Of a DNA stretch of 64,000 nucleotides, positions 38,762-48,500 are shown piece after piece. The position numbers and the translations under genes are program-made. Position 1 is the first letter of the stretch, and every line of letters starts with the position of its first letter. The notes under the pieces were generated by a model, which did no database searches, was not told where the DNA came from, and saw nothing but the letters and a program-made list of their open reading frames with translations. The stretch is from Verrucomicrobiia bacterium. GTDB taxonomy: Bacteria > Verrucomicrobiota > Verrucomicrobiia > Limisphaerales > JADJPG01. The stretch spans positions 502 to 64,501 of the forward strand of contig DATLUX010000292.1 of the NCBI GenBank assembly GCA_035577805.1. The letters are read 5' to 3'.

Positions 38762-39885
38762 GGCAACGGGAGCGATTCGAGCGTCAGCGAACCGCTATCC
38801 TGTTGCCGCAAGACCAGAGCGTGCTGAGCATCCAGCTTGTCCAATTGGGAAACGCCTTTCCAGGCGGTGATCGTCTCGTACGGCAACCCTTTGGTGCCAC
38901 CGTCCGGCACATGTTTTTCGATCGATTCCGCTTTCTCGATGGAGTCGGTGCTGATTTTCATGATGCCACGGCTTTGGTTGGCCAGGAGCAGATAATCTTT
39001 GCCGTCCTTTTGATAAACGATCATGTCAATCGGCCGGTTGCGGTTCCCGAGTTCGGCGATGGTCTTGCCCTTCAGTTTGGCGCCCGGCTTAATCGCCTGG
39101 ATGGGGAATTCCACCAGAGGCGTGCAAGTGTAGGCAGCTAACAGATGCGGTTCATTGCCGATATTAAACGGAACGAAAGTGCGGATCGGCGCGCGCGTTT
39201 CAAAGGCGCCGTGGGCGCTATGATAGATCTCCAGGCTCGTTCCGGCGGCGACCGTCTGAAACGGAAACGCAATCGCACGCAACGCGGAGGAAAATTCTTC
39301 ATTCGAAAGACCCGCCACCAGCACCCGGTTCTCCAAAAAGGCGATGTCCGTGATGGATTCGCGGCGGGGATTACTCTGACGACGGCCTTCGCCGGCGACC
39401 TTGTCCGCCGGCGCATCGGGCAGGTCGGCGCGCGAGAACTGGACCTGACCCAGATCGACGACTTCAAGGCTCCCGCTGGTCTTGACCCGCACCAGCACCG
39501 GCGTGGCTTCCGGGCCGCGTCCGCGTGATACGGCCAGATACGCCTGGCGTGAGATGGGGTTGACGGCCAGATCTTCGATCAGCAGTTGATCGGCGGTGGT
39601 GCCCAGCAGGCTGGCGATCTTTTGGTTGAGCGCCTCTACTTTGATCGTGGTCTCGCCAGTGGCCGGCTTGGTGTCGCCGGTGGCTACGGCCACGATCGCG
39701 GCGGCCTGGGCGTCGGCGATGAACAGAATCCCCTCGGGACCGAAGGCCAAGGGCCCCATGGATTTGAATTCGGCTTTCCCTTCTTTCATCCCGGCCGTCC
39801 ACTGGGCGGATTGCAGGCTAAGAGATAGAGTGAGGCTGCCCAGGATGAGGGCGTGCGCGATAGACATGCGGTTCCTGATTTTCAT
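38758..39885 (-). CDS. Hypothetical exported protein (beta-rich, possibly propeller-like)
   Basis: The protein is 375 aa with a signal peptide MKIRNRMSIAHALILGSLTLSLSLQSA. It has repeated hydrophobic strand-like blocks (LFIADAQ, VLVAGLS, LLAAYTCT, LLLANQS). It is unassigned. Confidence 0.55.
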   Translation of the reverse strand: MKIRNRMSIAHALILGSLTLSLSLQSAQWTAGMKEGKAEFKSMGPLAFGPEGILFIADAQAAAIVAVATGDTKPATGETTIKVEALNQKIASLLGTTADQLLIEDLAVNPISRQAYLAVSRGRGPEATPVLVRVKTSGSLEVVDLGQVQFSRADLPDAPADKVAGEGRRQSNPRRESITDIAFLENRVLVAGLSNEEFSSALRAIAFPFQTVAAGTSLEIYHSAHGAFETRAPIRTFVPFNIGNEPHLLAAYTCTPLVEFPIQAIKPGAKLKGKTIAELGNRNRPIDMIVYQKDGKDYLLLANQSRGIMKISTDSIEKAESIEKHVPDGGTKGLPYETITAWKGVSQLDKLDAQHALVLRQQDSGSLTLESLPLP

Positions 39886-39992
39886 CGCAGTATGCTGGTT
39901 CTCGATTGGTTGCTGAACGTTCTTAAGGCACGCAAACCGACGCCCTGGTTACGGAGAAAATCGGTTCTCTATTCCCAAACCCAGCCGGCTGT

Positions 39993-40646
39993 GTGTATCC
40001 TCCGCCCATGGCTATCTTTTCTGTTCCCCTCGGCCGCTGGGGCGGTTCCCTGGTGTTGTCAATGTCTCTGCTGGCGGGCTGCTCCGATCCCGCCAGCAAA
40101 GTCCCGCAATCCTCCGCCTCCGCCCCGCAGTCGGCGAGCTCCAGCTCGGACGGCGCCGGCAAACCGTATGTCATTCGCCCCGGGTCCACACTTCAATTCA
40201 CCGGTTCGAAAGTGACCGGAAGCCACAATGGCGGGTTCACGAACTTCTCCGGAACCCTGCCCGTGAGCGGCGGCAAGATCGTCGGCAATCCGACCATCCA
40301 AATCGATATGGCCTCCACCTGGGCCGATGTCGATCGGTTGACCGGCCATCTCAAAAGTCCTGACTTCTTCGATGTGGCCAAGTTTCCTCAGTCCTCCTTC
40401 GCCGTCACTTCCGTGGAACCACCGGGCCCCGACGGAAAATCCAAGGTTACGGGCAACCTCACCTTGCATGGCGTGACCAAGAGCATCGCTTTCCCCGCCA
40501 CCATCCAAGTCTCCGACGAAGCCGCCACCGTCAAAGCGGACTTCGCCATCAACCGCAAGGATTTCGGGATCGTTTACCCAGGCAAACCGGACGATCTTAT
40601 CCGCGACAATGTGGTCATCCGATTTGATCTCCGCGCTAGTCCCTGA
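39993..40646 (+). CDS. YceI-family lipoprotein
   Basis: There is a lipobox LLAGCSD. The YceI-like core is TLHGVTKSIAFPATIQV...ADFAINRKDFGI. Confidence 0.75.
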   Translation: MYPPPMAIFSVPLGRWGGSLVLSMSLLAGCSDPASKVPQSSASAPQSASSSSDGAGKPYVIRPGSTLQFTGSKVTGSHNGGFTNFSGTLPVSGGKIVGNPTIQIDMASTWADVDRLTGHLKSPDFFDVAKFPQSSFAVTSVEPPGPDGKSKVTGNLTLHGVTKSIAFPATIQVSDEAATVKADFAINRKDFGIVYPGKPDDLIRDNVVIRFDLRASP

Positions 40647-40888
40647 CCGCACCACGCCCCAACCAGACCCCACTCCATGAACCGACCCTCAGGTAGCAGC
40701 CGACGTCAGGAAGCCTGCCCTGAGCTTGTCGAAGGGGCTCACTCTACCCCAACGCGTTCTCCGGGAAAAAGACCAGAGCCCTTCGACAAGGCTCAGGGTG
40801 TACCTCGTTACCTCGGCTGCTACGTGAGATTGGGTTGGGTTCATGGCCCCAATGTTCGTGCACATGACGTGCAGGTGAAAGCTCTCTC

Positions 40889-41569
40889 ATGAACCACACC
40901 ACTCATCCCCATCTCCAACTCGCGCCCGCCAATCGGCGCGCGTTTCTGCGGCAGGCTGGTTTTGCGGCCGCATTTTTCACCACAGCCGGCGCCTTTGCCG
41001 AAGCGCTCATTACCACGCCCGCCCAGACTGAAGGCCCATTTTATCCCGATCATCTCCCGCTCGACACGGATAATGATCTGCTCGTGATCAACAACTCCAT
41101 CACTCCGTCGGTGGGGGAAGTCACGTATGTCAGCGGGCGCATCCTCGATGCCCAGGGCCATCCGATCCGCAATGCCGTGGTCGAGATCTGGCAGTGCGAC
41201 GCCCACGGCGCCTATCTGCACAGCAGGACCGGCAATTCCGGCCAACGCGACAAAAACTTCCAGGGCTTCGGCCGGTTCATCACCGGGTCCACCGGTGAAT
41301 ATCTCTTTCGCACCATTAAGCCCGTCCCGTACCCGGGGCGCACCCCGCATATCCATTACAAGATCAAACGCGGCGGGAAAGAATTGCTTACCACCCAGTG
41401 CTACATCAAAGGCCATCCCGGCAACGAAAAGGATGGCATCTGGAAAGGTATCAAGGACGAAAAAGCTCGCGCGGCTGTGACCGTGGATTTTGTCCCGCTC
41501 AAGGGCAGCCGGGCCGGCGAATTGGCGGCCACCTTCGACGTCGTGCTGGGAATTACGCCGGAAGCATAA
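40889..41569 (+). CDS. Intradiol ring-cleavage dioxygenase family protein with a Tat signal
   Basis: NRRAFLRQAGFAAA is a Tat motif. TEGPFYP, the His/Tyr ligand region (AHGAYLHSRTG) and TPHIHYKI are characteristic of protocatechuate/catechol intradiol dioxygenase folds. Confidence 0.75.
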   Translation: MNHTTHPHLQLAPANRRAFLRQAGFAAAFFTTAGAFAEALITTPAQTEGPFYPDHLPLDTDNDLLVINNSITPSVGEVTYVSGRILDAQGHPIRNAVVEIWQCDAHGAYLHSRTGNSGQRDKNFQGFGRFITGSTGEYLFRTIKPVPYPGRTPHIHYKIKRGGKELLTTQCYIKGHPGNEKDGIWKGIKDEKARAAVTVDFVPLKGSRAGELAATFDVVLGITPEA

Positions 41570-41657
41570 TTGATAAGTGGCCGCACCGCTTGGTGCATGG
41601 CTGGCTCCGGCCGGGCCGGTCCTCTATGAGACACGTCACTAACGTCTGTTTGCCCGA

Positions 41658-42098
41658 TTGAGTGGGCGCCTGCGCCTATTGCTTCGCCGCTTGGGGCGTT
41701 GGGTTCGCCATGGCGTCAACCTCGAATCCGGCCCCGGTCCGCTGCTTTCCGAGCCCGCCCCCGCCAGCGCCGCGGCGGCGGCGACGCGCGACGCGGAGCA
41801 ATCGCGCCGACGCCTGGACGCTTGCAATCAGGCCCTGGCGGCCGCCATCAACGCTCGGGATCAACTCCGTGAAACGGCCGCGGCGGTCCTCCGGGCTCGT
41901 GACGAGTGTCAGGCGGAGTTGCGGCGTCTCACCGAAACCGGGCACGAGGAATCTGGGGCCGCAGCCGCGCTCCGGCTCCAGGAACTTCTCGCGGAGGAAC
42001 ACGATCTTCAGGAACAACTGCAGGCGGCGCAGACTCGAGTGGATGATCTGAACCGCTTGCGCGAACAGCTGCTGGGCCGCCTGCGGCCGGACATTTGA
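41658..42098 (+). CDS. Hypothetical coiled-coil protein (146 aa). It has weak resemblance to the PspA/IM30 N-terminal region.
   Basis: It is Arg/Glu/Leu/Ala/Gln-rich with heptad character, and the third codon positions are GC-rich, consistent with coding. The overlapping frame 41662..42051 is junk. Confidence 0.35.
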   Translation: MSGRLRLLLRRLGRWVRHGVNLESGPGPLLSEPAPASAAAAATRDAEQSRRRLDACNQALAAAINARDQLRETAAAVLRARDECQAELRRLTETGHEESGAAAALRLQELLAEEHDLQEQLQAAQTRVDDLNRLREQLLGRLRPDI

Positions 42099-42510
42099 TT
42101 GGCAGGCGCTGGCAATGCGCCCAGTTCCAGGGCCCGACCTGACGAGGACACTCCCCCCCGGGATCGCGGCCTTTAGCCGCTTCGAGATGGGGATCGGAGG
42201 AAGCCCCTCGACAGGCTCGGGGCGGGCTGTTGGGTAGTGCCTTGGTCCTCGAGCCGACGGACGATGAAGCGGCGTAAACGCCGCGCACCAAACTGCATTG
42301 TTCGGGGGCAGTGCCTAAATACGCCCCCCTGGAACTGGGGGTAGGGGAATTAGTTCCACGCGAAGGAGCGTCTGTATAAAGCCCCGAGGATTTTGTACGT
42401 GCCTGATGCGGGTCGAGCTGGTTGAATAGCAGTCGTCATGAAAAGGGAGTTGAGCGAGACCTGCCTGACTGATCGAAAACCCGCTCATCTCCGGCAACTG
42501 GGGGTGGCTC

Positions 42511-43308
42511 ATGATTGAAGTCCTGACCGAGGCCATCGCTTTGCCCAACCTGCCGTTCACGGTTTTGTTGGGCGGCGTGGTTGCCTATTGGATCCTGGTC
42601 GGGATTGGGTTGTTGCAGTTCGATCACGGCGGGGGCGATCTGCATCACGATTTTTCCCATGACCTTTCGCATGATCTTTCGGCGGATGGCCATCTCGCCG
42701 TGGAACACGGCGCCGACGGGCATTTCGATGGGGATGCGCTGTCGGACGGACCTGGCGGCAGCGATGGCGCGCATGCGCATGGGGATGGGGATGGGGATGG
42801 GGATGGGGCCGAAGCCGGGGCCAGGGAGCATAGCCATGGCTTGTTCAGTCACGCGTTGCATTTTGTCAATGCGGGCCAGGTGCCGGCGATGATCGTGCTG
42901 AGCGTCTGGATGCTGGGCCTATGGTTCCTCTCGATGCTCGCGAATCATTATTTTGGGCACGGCTCGTTGGGTTGGGCGCTGGCGCTGGTGGTGCCCAATC
43001 TGTTGATTAGCGCGGTGGCGACCCGTTATCTGACCTGGCCGCTGGCCAAATTCTTCGGCGCACTGAACCGCGAATACGAGGAACATCAGAAATTAATCGG
43101 CCGCACTTGCGTGGTGGCGACCAGCGAAGTGAACGAGAACTTCGGCCAGGCGCGCATCGATCGGCGCGGCTCGCCGCTCTTGATTAATGTCCGGGCGTCG
43201 GACTCCACGCCGCTGCGCAAGGGCGAGACGGGTCTAGTGGTGCGTGAAGATAAAACCAAGAATGTGTATTACGTCGTCAAAGTTACCCCGGAAACGGAAA
43301 GGACCTGA
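42511..43308 (+). CDS. NfeD-like membrane protein (YqiJ-like): TM, a His/Asp-rich loop, TMs, and a C-terminal OB-fold
   Basis: The N-terminal TM is followed by DHGGGDLHHDFSHDLSHDLSADGH...GDGDGDGDGD. More TM helices follow. The C-terminus TCVVATSEVNENFGQARIDRRGSPLLINVRA...GETGLVV is the NfeD OB-fold. It is positioned immediately upstream of a flotillin gene, as in yqiJ-yqiK. Confidence 0.75.
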   Translation: MIEVLTEAIALPNLPFTVLLGGVVAYWILVGIGLLQFDHGGGDLHHDFSHDLSHDLSADGHLAVEHGADGHFDGDALSDGPGGSDGAHAHGDGDGDGDGAEAGAREHSHGLFSHALHFVNAGQVPAMIVLSVWMLGLWFLSMLANHYFGHGSLGWALALVVPNLLISAVATRYLTWPLAKFFGALNREYEEHQKLIGRTCVVATSEVNENFGQARIDRRGSPLLINVRASDSTPLRKGETGLVVREDKTKNVYYVVKVTPETERT

Positions 43309-43311
43309 TCT

Positions 43312-45384
43312 ATGTTCTTATTCATTGAAAGTCTCGTCTGGCTCGGCAGCGTCTTGCTGCTGCTGATCGTCGTGGGCGGCATCGTCAGCTTCCTTACTTG
43401 CTACCGCAAGGTGCAGCAAGGCAAGGCGCTCGTCCGCAATGGCATGGGCGGCACCAAAGTATCCTTCTGTGGCATCGCGGTGTTCCCCGTCGTCCATAAA
43501 TTCGAAAGCATCGATATCTCCGTCAAACGCGTGGAAATCGATCGCAACGGCAAGAACGGCCTGATCTGCATGGATAACCTGCGCGCCGATATCAAGGTGG
43601 CTTTCTTTGTCCGCGTCAATCAAACCCCCGAAGACGTTCTGCGCGTGGCCCAATCCATCGGCTGTGATCGCGCTTCCAGCCAGGCCGCCATGGTCGAATT
43701 GTTCGATGCCAAATTCTCCGAAGCCCTCAAAACCGTCGGGCGCCAATTCCATTTCGTCGATCTCTACAATTCCCGGGACAAACTCAAGGAAGGCATCCTC
43801 AAGGCGATCGGCACCGATCTCAACGGCTTCGTCCTGGAAGATGTCGCCATCGATTATCTCGAACAGACCCCGGTCAATTTGTTGAACCCCGACAACATCC
43901 TCGATTCCGAAGGCATCAAAAAGATCACCGAACTGACCGCCACTCAGAAGGTCCTCGCCAACAAGATCGACAACGACCGCGAAAAAACCATCACCAAACA
44001 GAACGTCGAGACTCGTGAAGCGGTTCTCGAAATGCAAAAGCAGCTGGCCGAAGCGGAGGAGAAACAAAAACGCGAAGTGGCCACGATTAAAGCCCGCGAA
44101 GAAGCCGAAGCCCGCAAGGTCCAGGAAGAACAACGCCTCAAAGCCGAACAAACTCACATCGCGGTCGAAGAAGAGCTTCAGGTCCTCAACCAAAACAAGG
44201 ACCGCCAGATCATCGTGGCGCAACGCAATAAGGAACGCACCGACGCCGTGGAAAAGGAACGCGTCGAGAAGGATCGCCTGATGGAAGTCACCGAACGCGA
44301 ACGCATCGTTTCCCTCGCCCGCATCGCCCGCGATCGGGAGATCGAAACCCAACAAAAGGGTATCCAGAACGTCATCCGCGAACGGCTCGAGGTGGAAAAA
44401 ACCGTCGTCTCCGAACAACAACGCATCAAGGACACCGAAGCGTTCGCCACCGCGGACCGCGAAAAGAAAGTCATCCTCACCGCCGCCGAACGCGAGGCCG
44501 AAGCCGCTTTGGTCAAAAACATTAAAGCGGCCGAGGCCGCCAAACGCGCCGCGGAACTCAAAGCCGAACAGGATCTGATCACGGCGGTCCGTCACGCCGA
44601 AGCCGACCGGCAAGCCGCCGAGAAACATGCCCAACAGAAACTCATCACGGCTGAAGCGGAGGAAGTTTCCGCGGTCAAGCTGGCCAGCGCCAAGAAGCAA
44701 CTGGCCGATGCCACCGCTGCCGAAGCCGCCGCCGCCGGTTTGGGCGAGGTCCGCGTCCTGGAAGCCAGAGCGGCGGCCACAGAGAAACAAGGCACGGCCG
44801 AGGCCAAAGTGGCGCAGTTGAAGTTCTCCGCCGAAGCCCAGGGCATCACGGACAAAGCCGAGGCGATGAAGCAATTCCATGAGGCCGGCCGCGAACACGA
44901 GGAGTTCAAACTTCAATTAAACAAGGAAAAGGACATTGAATTGGCGGCGATCAAAGCCCGGCAGGACATCGCCTCCAGCCAGGCGCTGGTTTTGTCCGAA
45001 GCCGTTCGCCATGCGCGCATCGAGATCATCGGCGGCGAGAGCGAGTTCTTCGATCGCATCACCGGCGCCGTCGTCGGCGGCAAAGCCGTCGATCGCTTGC
45101 TCGAAAACAGCGCCGTCCTGCGCGATGTCAAAAACACCTTCTTCAACTCCGATCCGGACCATTTCAAGCATCAGTTGAGGGATTTCATCGATCGCTTCGG
45201 CATGAGCAGTGAAGATCTAAAAAACCTCACCATTTCCGCCGTGCTGGCCCGCATGATGTCGGACGCTGATGACGGCACCAAGAGTGTCCTGGGCGCTTTG
45301 CTCGGCCAGGCCAAACGCATGGGCTTGGCCGATACTCTGGCTGCCAGTGTAACCGGCAAAGATGGCGCCAAGGTTAGAGGCTAG
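43312..45384 (+). CDS. Flotillin / SPFH (band 7) domain protein with a long C-terminal E/A/K-rich coiled coil (YqiK-like)
   Basis: There is an N-terminal TM. The SPFH core is VHKFESIDISVKRVEIDRNGKNGLICMDNLRADIKVAFFVRV, followed by about 350 aa of coiled coil. The antisense ORF 43318..44916 was rejected. Confidence 0.88.
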   Translation: MFLFIESLVWLGSVLLLLIVVGGIVSFLTCYRKVQQGKALVRNGMGGTKVSFCGIAVFPVVHKFESIDISVKRVEIDRNGKNGLICMDNLRADIKVAFFVRVNQTPEDVLRVAQSIGCDRASSQAAMVELFDAKFSEALKTVGRQFHFVDLYNSRDKLKEGILKAIGTDLNGFVLEDVAIDYLEQTPVNLLNPDNILDSEGIKKITELTATQKVLANKIDNDREKTITKQNVETREAVLEMQKQLAEAEEKQKREVATIKAREEAEARKVQEEQRLKAEQTHIAVEEELQVLNQNKDRQIIVAQRNKERTDAVEKERVEKDRLMEVTERERIVSLARIARDREIETQQKGIQNVIRERLEVEKTVVSEQQRIKDTEAFATADREKKVILTAAEREAEAALVKNIKAAEAAKRAAELKAEQDLITAVRHAEADRQAAEKHAQQKLITAEAEEVSAVKLASAKKQLADATAAEAAAAGLGEVRVLEARAAATEKQGTAEAKVAQLKFSAEAQGITDKAEAMKQFHEAGREHEEFKLQLNKEKDIELAAIKARQDIASSQALVLSEAVRHARIEIIGGESEFFDRITGAVVGGKAVDRLLENSAVLRDVKNTFFNSDPDHFKHQLRDFIDRFGMSSEDLKNLTISAVLARMMSDADDGTKSVLGALLGQAKRMGLADTLAASVTGKDGAKVRG

Positions 45385-45386
45385 GG

Positions 45387-45441
45387 GAAAAGCGGAAAGC
45401 GGAAAGCGGCGGGTCCCCCTCTCCCCTCAACGGGGAGAGGG
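45387..45441 (+). terminator. (GGAAAGC)x3 heptamer repeat followed by a perfect 10-bp GC-rich hairpin (CCCTCTCCCC-TCAAC-GGGGAGAGGG)
   Basis: This was read directly, 3 nt after the flotillin stop. No U-tract follows, so terminator function is uncertain. It could instead be an attenuator or processing structure. Confidence 0.4.
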
Positions 45442-45527
45442 CCGGGGTGGGCAAACCCAACGCGTCCGCTGTTCAACCGGAGTAGCAATTTGAACATTGA
45501 GAATGTTGCCAGCCTTAATGGATCGTT

Positions 45528-48500
45528 ATGAGCGCCGTTCTTGATGCTCCTGCGCCCGCGCCTGCTCCGGCACCTCCGCCGGCCCTCGATCAGGGCACTT
45601 ACGAAATTCTTCGCGCCCGCCTGGCCGCGCACAGCCGCGAGTTGCAGGCGCGTCTGGAGAAACTGAACCGCGCCCGGCAGGAAGTCTTTGGAGCCATTGA
45701 AACGGCGCTGGTGGCCACCGAACGGATCACCACCGGGAACAACTGCATCCCGCGGGACATGATTCCCGTGGGCCAAAACCGGTTTTTGTTTGGATATAAT
45801 GTGCACCTCGGCCTGCGCAGCGAAGTGCAGTTGGCGGACGTGTTCGCGGTTTACCAGCACGAGGCGCATCGCTTCGTTGAGCTGCCGTTGGATCTGATTG
45901 CCGATCGCCAGTTCGAAGTCGATTTCAAGAATCTCTACCGCTACTATAAGCATGCTGTTTTCTCCAAATTTTCTCTCAATGGCCCGCACCTGTTCATGGA
46001 GTTCCGGGTCGGCAAAGCCGTCACCGACATCAAAACCTTCAAATGGTTGTGCACCGAGCAGGGGCCGAAATATTTGGGGAACCGTTTCGATCACGAATAC
46101 ACGTATCCTCCATGCCACGAATTCGATTGGACCCGGACCCATCGGGAATTGCATCGACACGGGCTGCATCCGCACATCTCCATTCGCGATCGGGTCTTTG
46201 TGGAATGCATCGGAGGCGATCTTACGATCAAGGTCGAAGACAACACGGACACCGGCGAAGGCATCTACGCGGAGCCCGTCGAACAACGCGACCAGACCCT
46301 GGACGATGCGGAGATCTTTTACGCCACGGTCGGCAGCTTGATCCTGCTGAAAGTCCGGCCTTACCAGGAAAAGGACTTTCGTTACCTCGTTTTCAACGAG
46401 AAAATCAAACAGGTGCGCCGGATTGATGCGATTGCCGACGCCTGTGTGCTCCTGCCGGACGGGCAGGGGATTGTATTCCCGCGCGGTTATTATCTGCAGA
46501 ACGGGGAGTTCAAGCTGTTCGAACTGCCCCTGACCGACATGGTGTTCAACAAACGCGTGCACTCACCCGACGGCGAGAATGTGCTCTTTGTCTTTTATAA
46601 CCGCGACCGGGGTGATTACGTCCTGCTTTCCTACAACCTGATCTCGCGAGTCATCCAGACGCCCATTTTGTGCGGCGGTTTCTCGTTGTTCGACAATGGA
46701 GAAATGGCGGTGTTCCGCCACGAGCCGGAACCGCAGCGGCACCACGTGATTCAGGTCTGGCAGACTCCTTACGTTTCGAGCAGCTGGCAGGCTCCGGTGC
46801 GTTCCGATTCGTTCCTCTACAAGGTCGGCAACCCGGCGCTGGTGCGTTGTCTGGCCGAATGCCAGGAGGTGATCGCCCTGGCCGCCAAAGACGACACTTT
46901 TGCCGGTCTGTATCATGATCTGATTAAGCGTTCCGGCGACGTCCTTGACAGTTACTTCTGGCTGGATCGCCCGGATGCCTTCCAGTTGCACGCGCCGTTG
47001 GCGGAGATTCGCGCCACCGCCGTCGCCGCGTTGGCCGAATTCGACAAAGTGATCCATTTGCGCCGTACGGCGGCGACGCAGGTGCAACGGTTGGCTGGCA
47101 AGACGGCCGCCGCTTTGCGCGCGCTGGCCACCGAACGTTTTGATGCCATCGGCCGATTCACGGAGCGCCTGGCGGAGTTGCGTGTGCTCCGAGGGGAACT
47201 GATCGCACTTAAAGACCTGCGCTACGCCGATCTGTCGGTCGTGAACAAATGCGAGGCCGAAGTAGCGGCGGAAGCCGATCGGTTGGCCCAACGCACAGCG
47301 CAATTCCTCCTGCAAGCCCAGGCTCTGGCTCCCTTCAGTCAGCGTCTGGCCGAATTGCAGCAGCGCATTCCCCGCACCGGCAAGGTGACGGAAGCCCGGG
47401 CGCTGGAAGACGAGCTGCGCGGCGTCGGCAAAGAACTTGATCTACTGATCGAGACTGTCACCGCCCTCAAGATCCAGGACGCCACGGAAACCACCCGGAT
47501 CGTCGAGGCGGTCTCCGGACTCTACGCAGTCTTGAACCAGGCCCGGGCCGCCCTCAAGCAGCGGTTGCTCGAACTGCGCGGCGCGGAAGCCGTGGCGGAA
47601 TTCGCCTCGCAGAGCCGGCTGCTCGAGCAAGGTCTGGCCAGCCTGCTGGACCTCTGTGGCACGCCCGAACAGTGCGCCGAATCGCTCAACCGGCTGCTGG
47701 TTCAGGTGGAAGAATTGGAGGCGCGCTTTGCCGACTTCGACGAATTCGTGGTGCAACTCTCCGAGAAACGGGCCGCTTTCAGCGCGGCCTTTGAAGCGCG
47801 CAAACTGGAATTGATCGAAGCCCGCCATCGTAAAGCCGGCGGGCTCCTGGCTGCCGCCGAACGCATCCTGAACGCCATCCGGCATCGCGCTGAACATCTC
47901 GGTTCCGCCCAAGAAATCCATGGTTACTTTGCCGGCGACCCCATGGTCGACAAGGTCCGCGGCACCATCACGCAACTGATTGAACTGGGTGATTCGGTGA
48001 AAGCCGATGACATCCAGGGACGCCTCAAAGCGGTGCGCGAGGAAGCGCTGCGCCAGTTGAAGGATCGTCAGGATCTCTTCGCCGGCGGCAAAGAGATCAT
48101 CCAATTAGGCCGCCACCAGTTCCGCGTCAATACCCAGGAACTCGACCTCACCATCGTCCCGCGAGAAGGCCGGATGTGTCTGCATCTGGCCGGCACCAAC
48201 TTTTTCGAGCCGGTGACCGATGCCGATTTCCTGGCCACCCAGGATGTGTGGGATTTGGAAGTGTCATCCGAATCGCCGCAGCTCTATCGCAGCGAGTACC
48301 TGGCCGGACGAATGTTTGGCGCGCTGGAAGAAGCCGGGCGCCTGGAGGAAGCCGCCCACTGGACGGAAACCGAGCGCCTGGATCAACTGCGCGCCTTCAC
48401 GCACACGCGCTTCACGGAAGGATACGTGAAAGGCGTGCATGACGCGGACGCGGCCCTCATTCTGGGCGCGCTGTTGGAACTGCACCGGACCCTGGGCCTG

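Noticed and set aside
43318-44916. 532-aa minus-strand ORF
   Set aside because: It is antisense to the flotillin gene. The translation is Gly/Phe/Leu/Asp low-complexity, created by the coiled-coil codon repeats.
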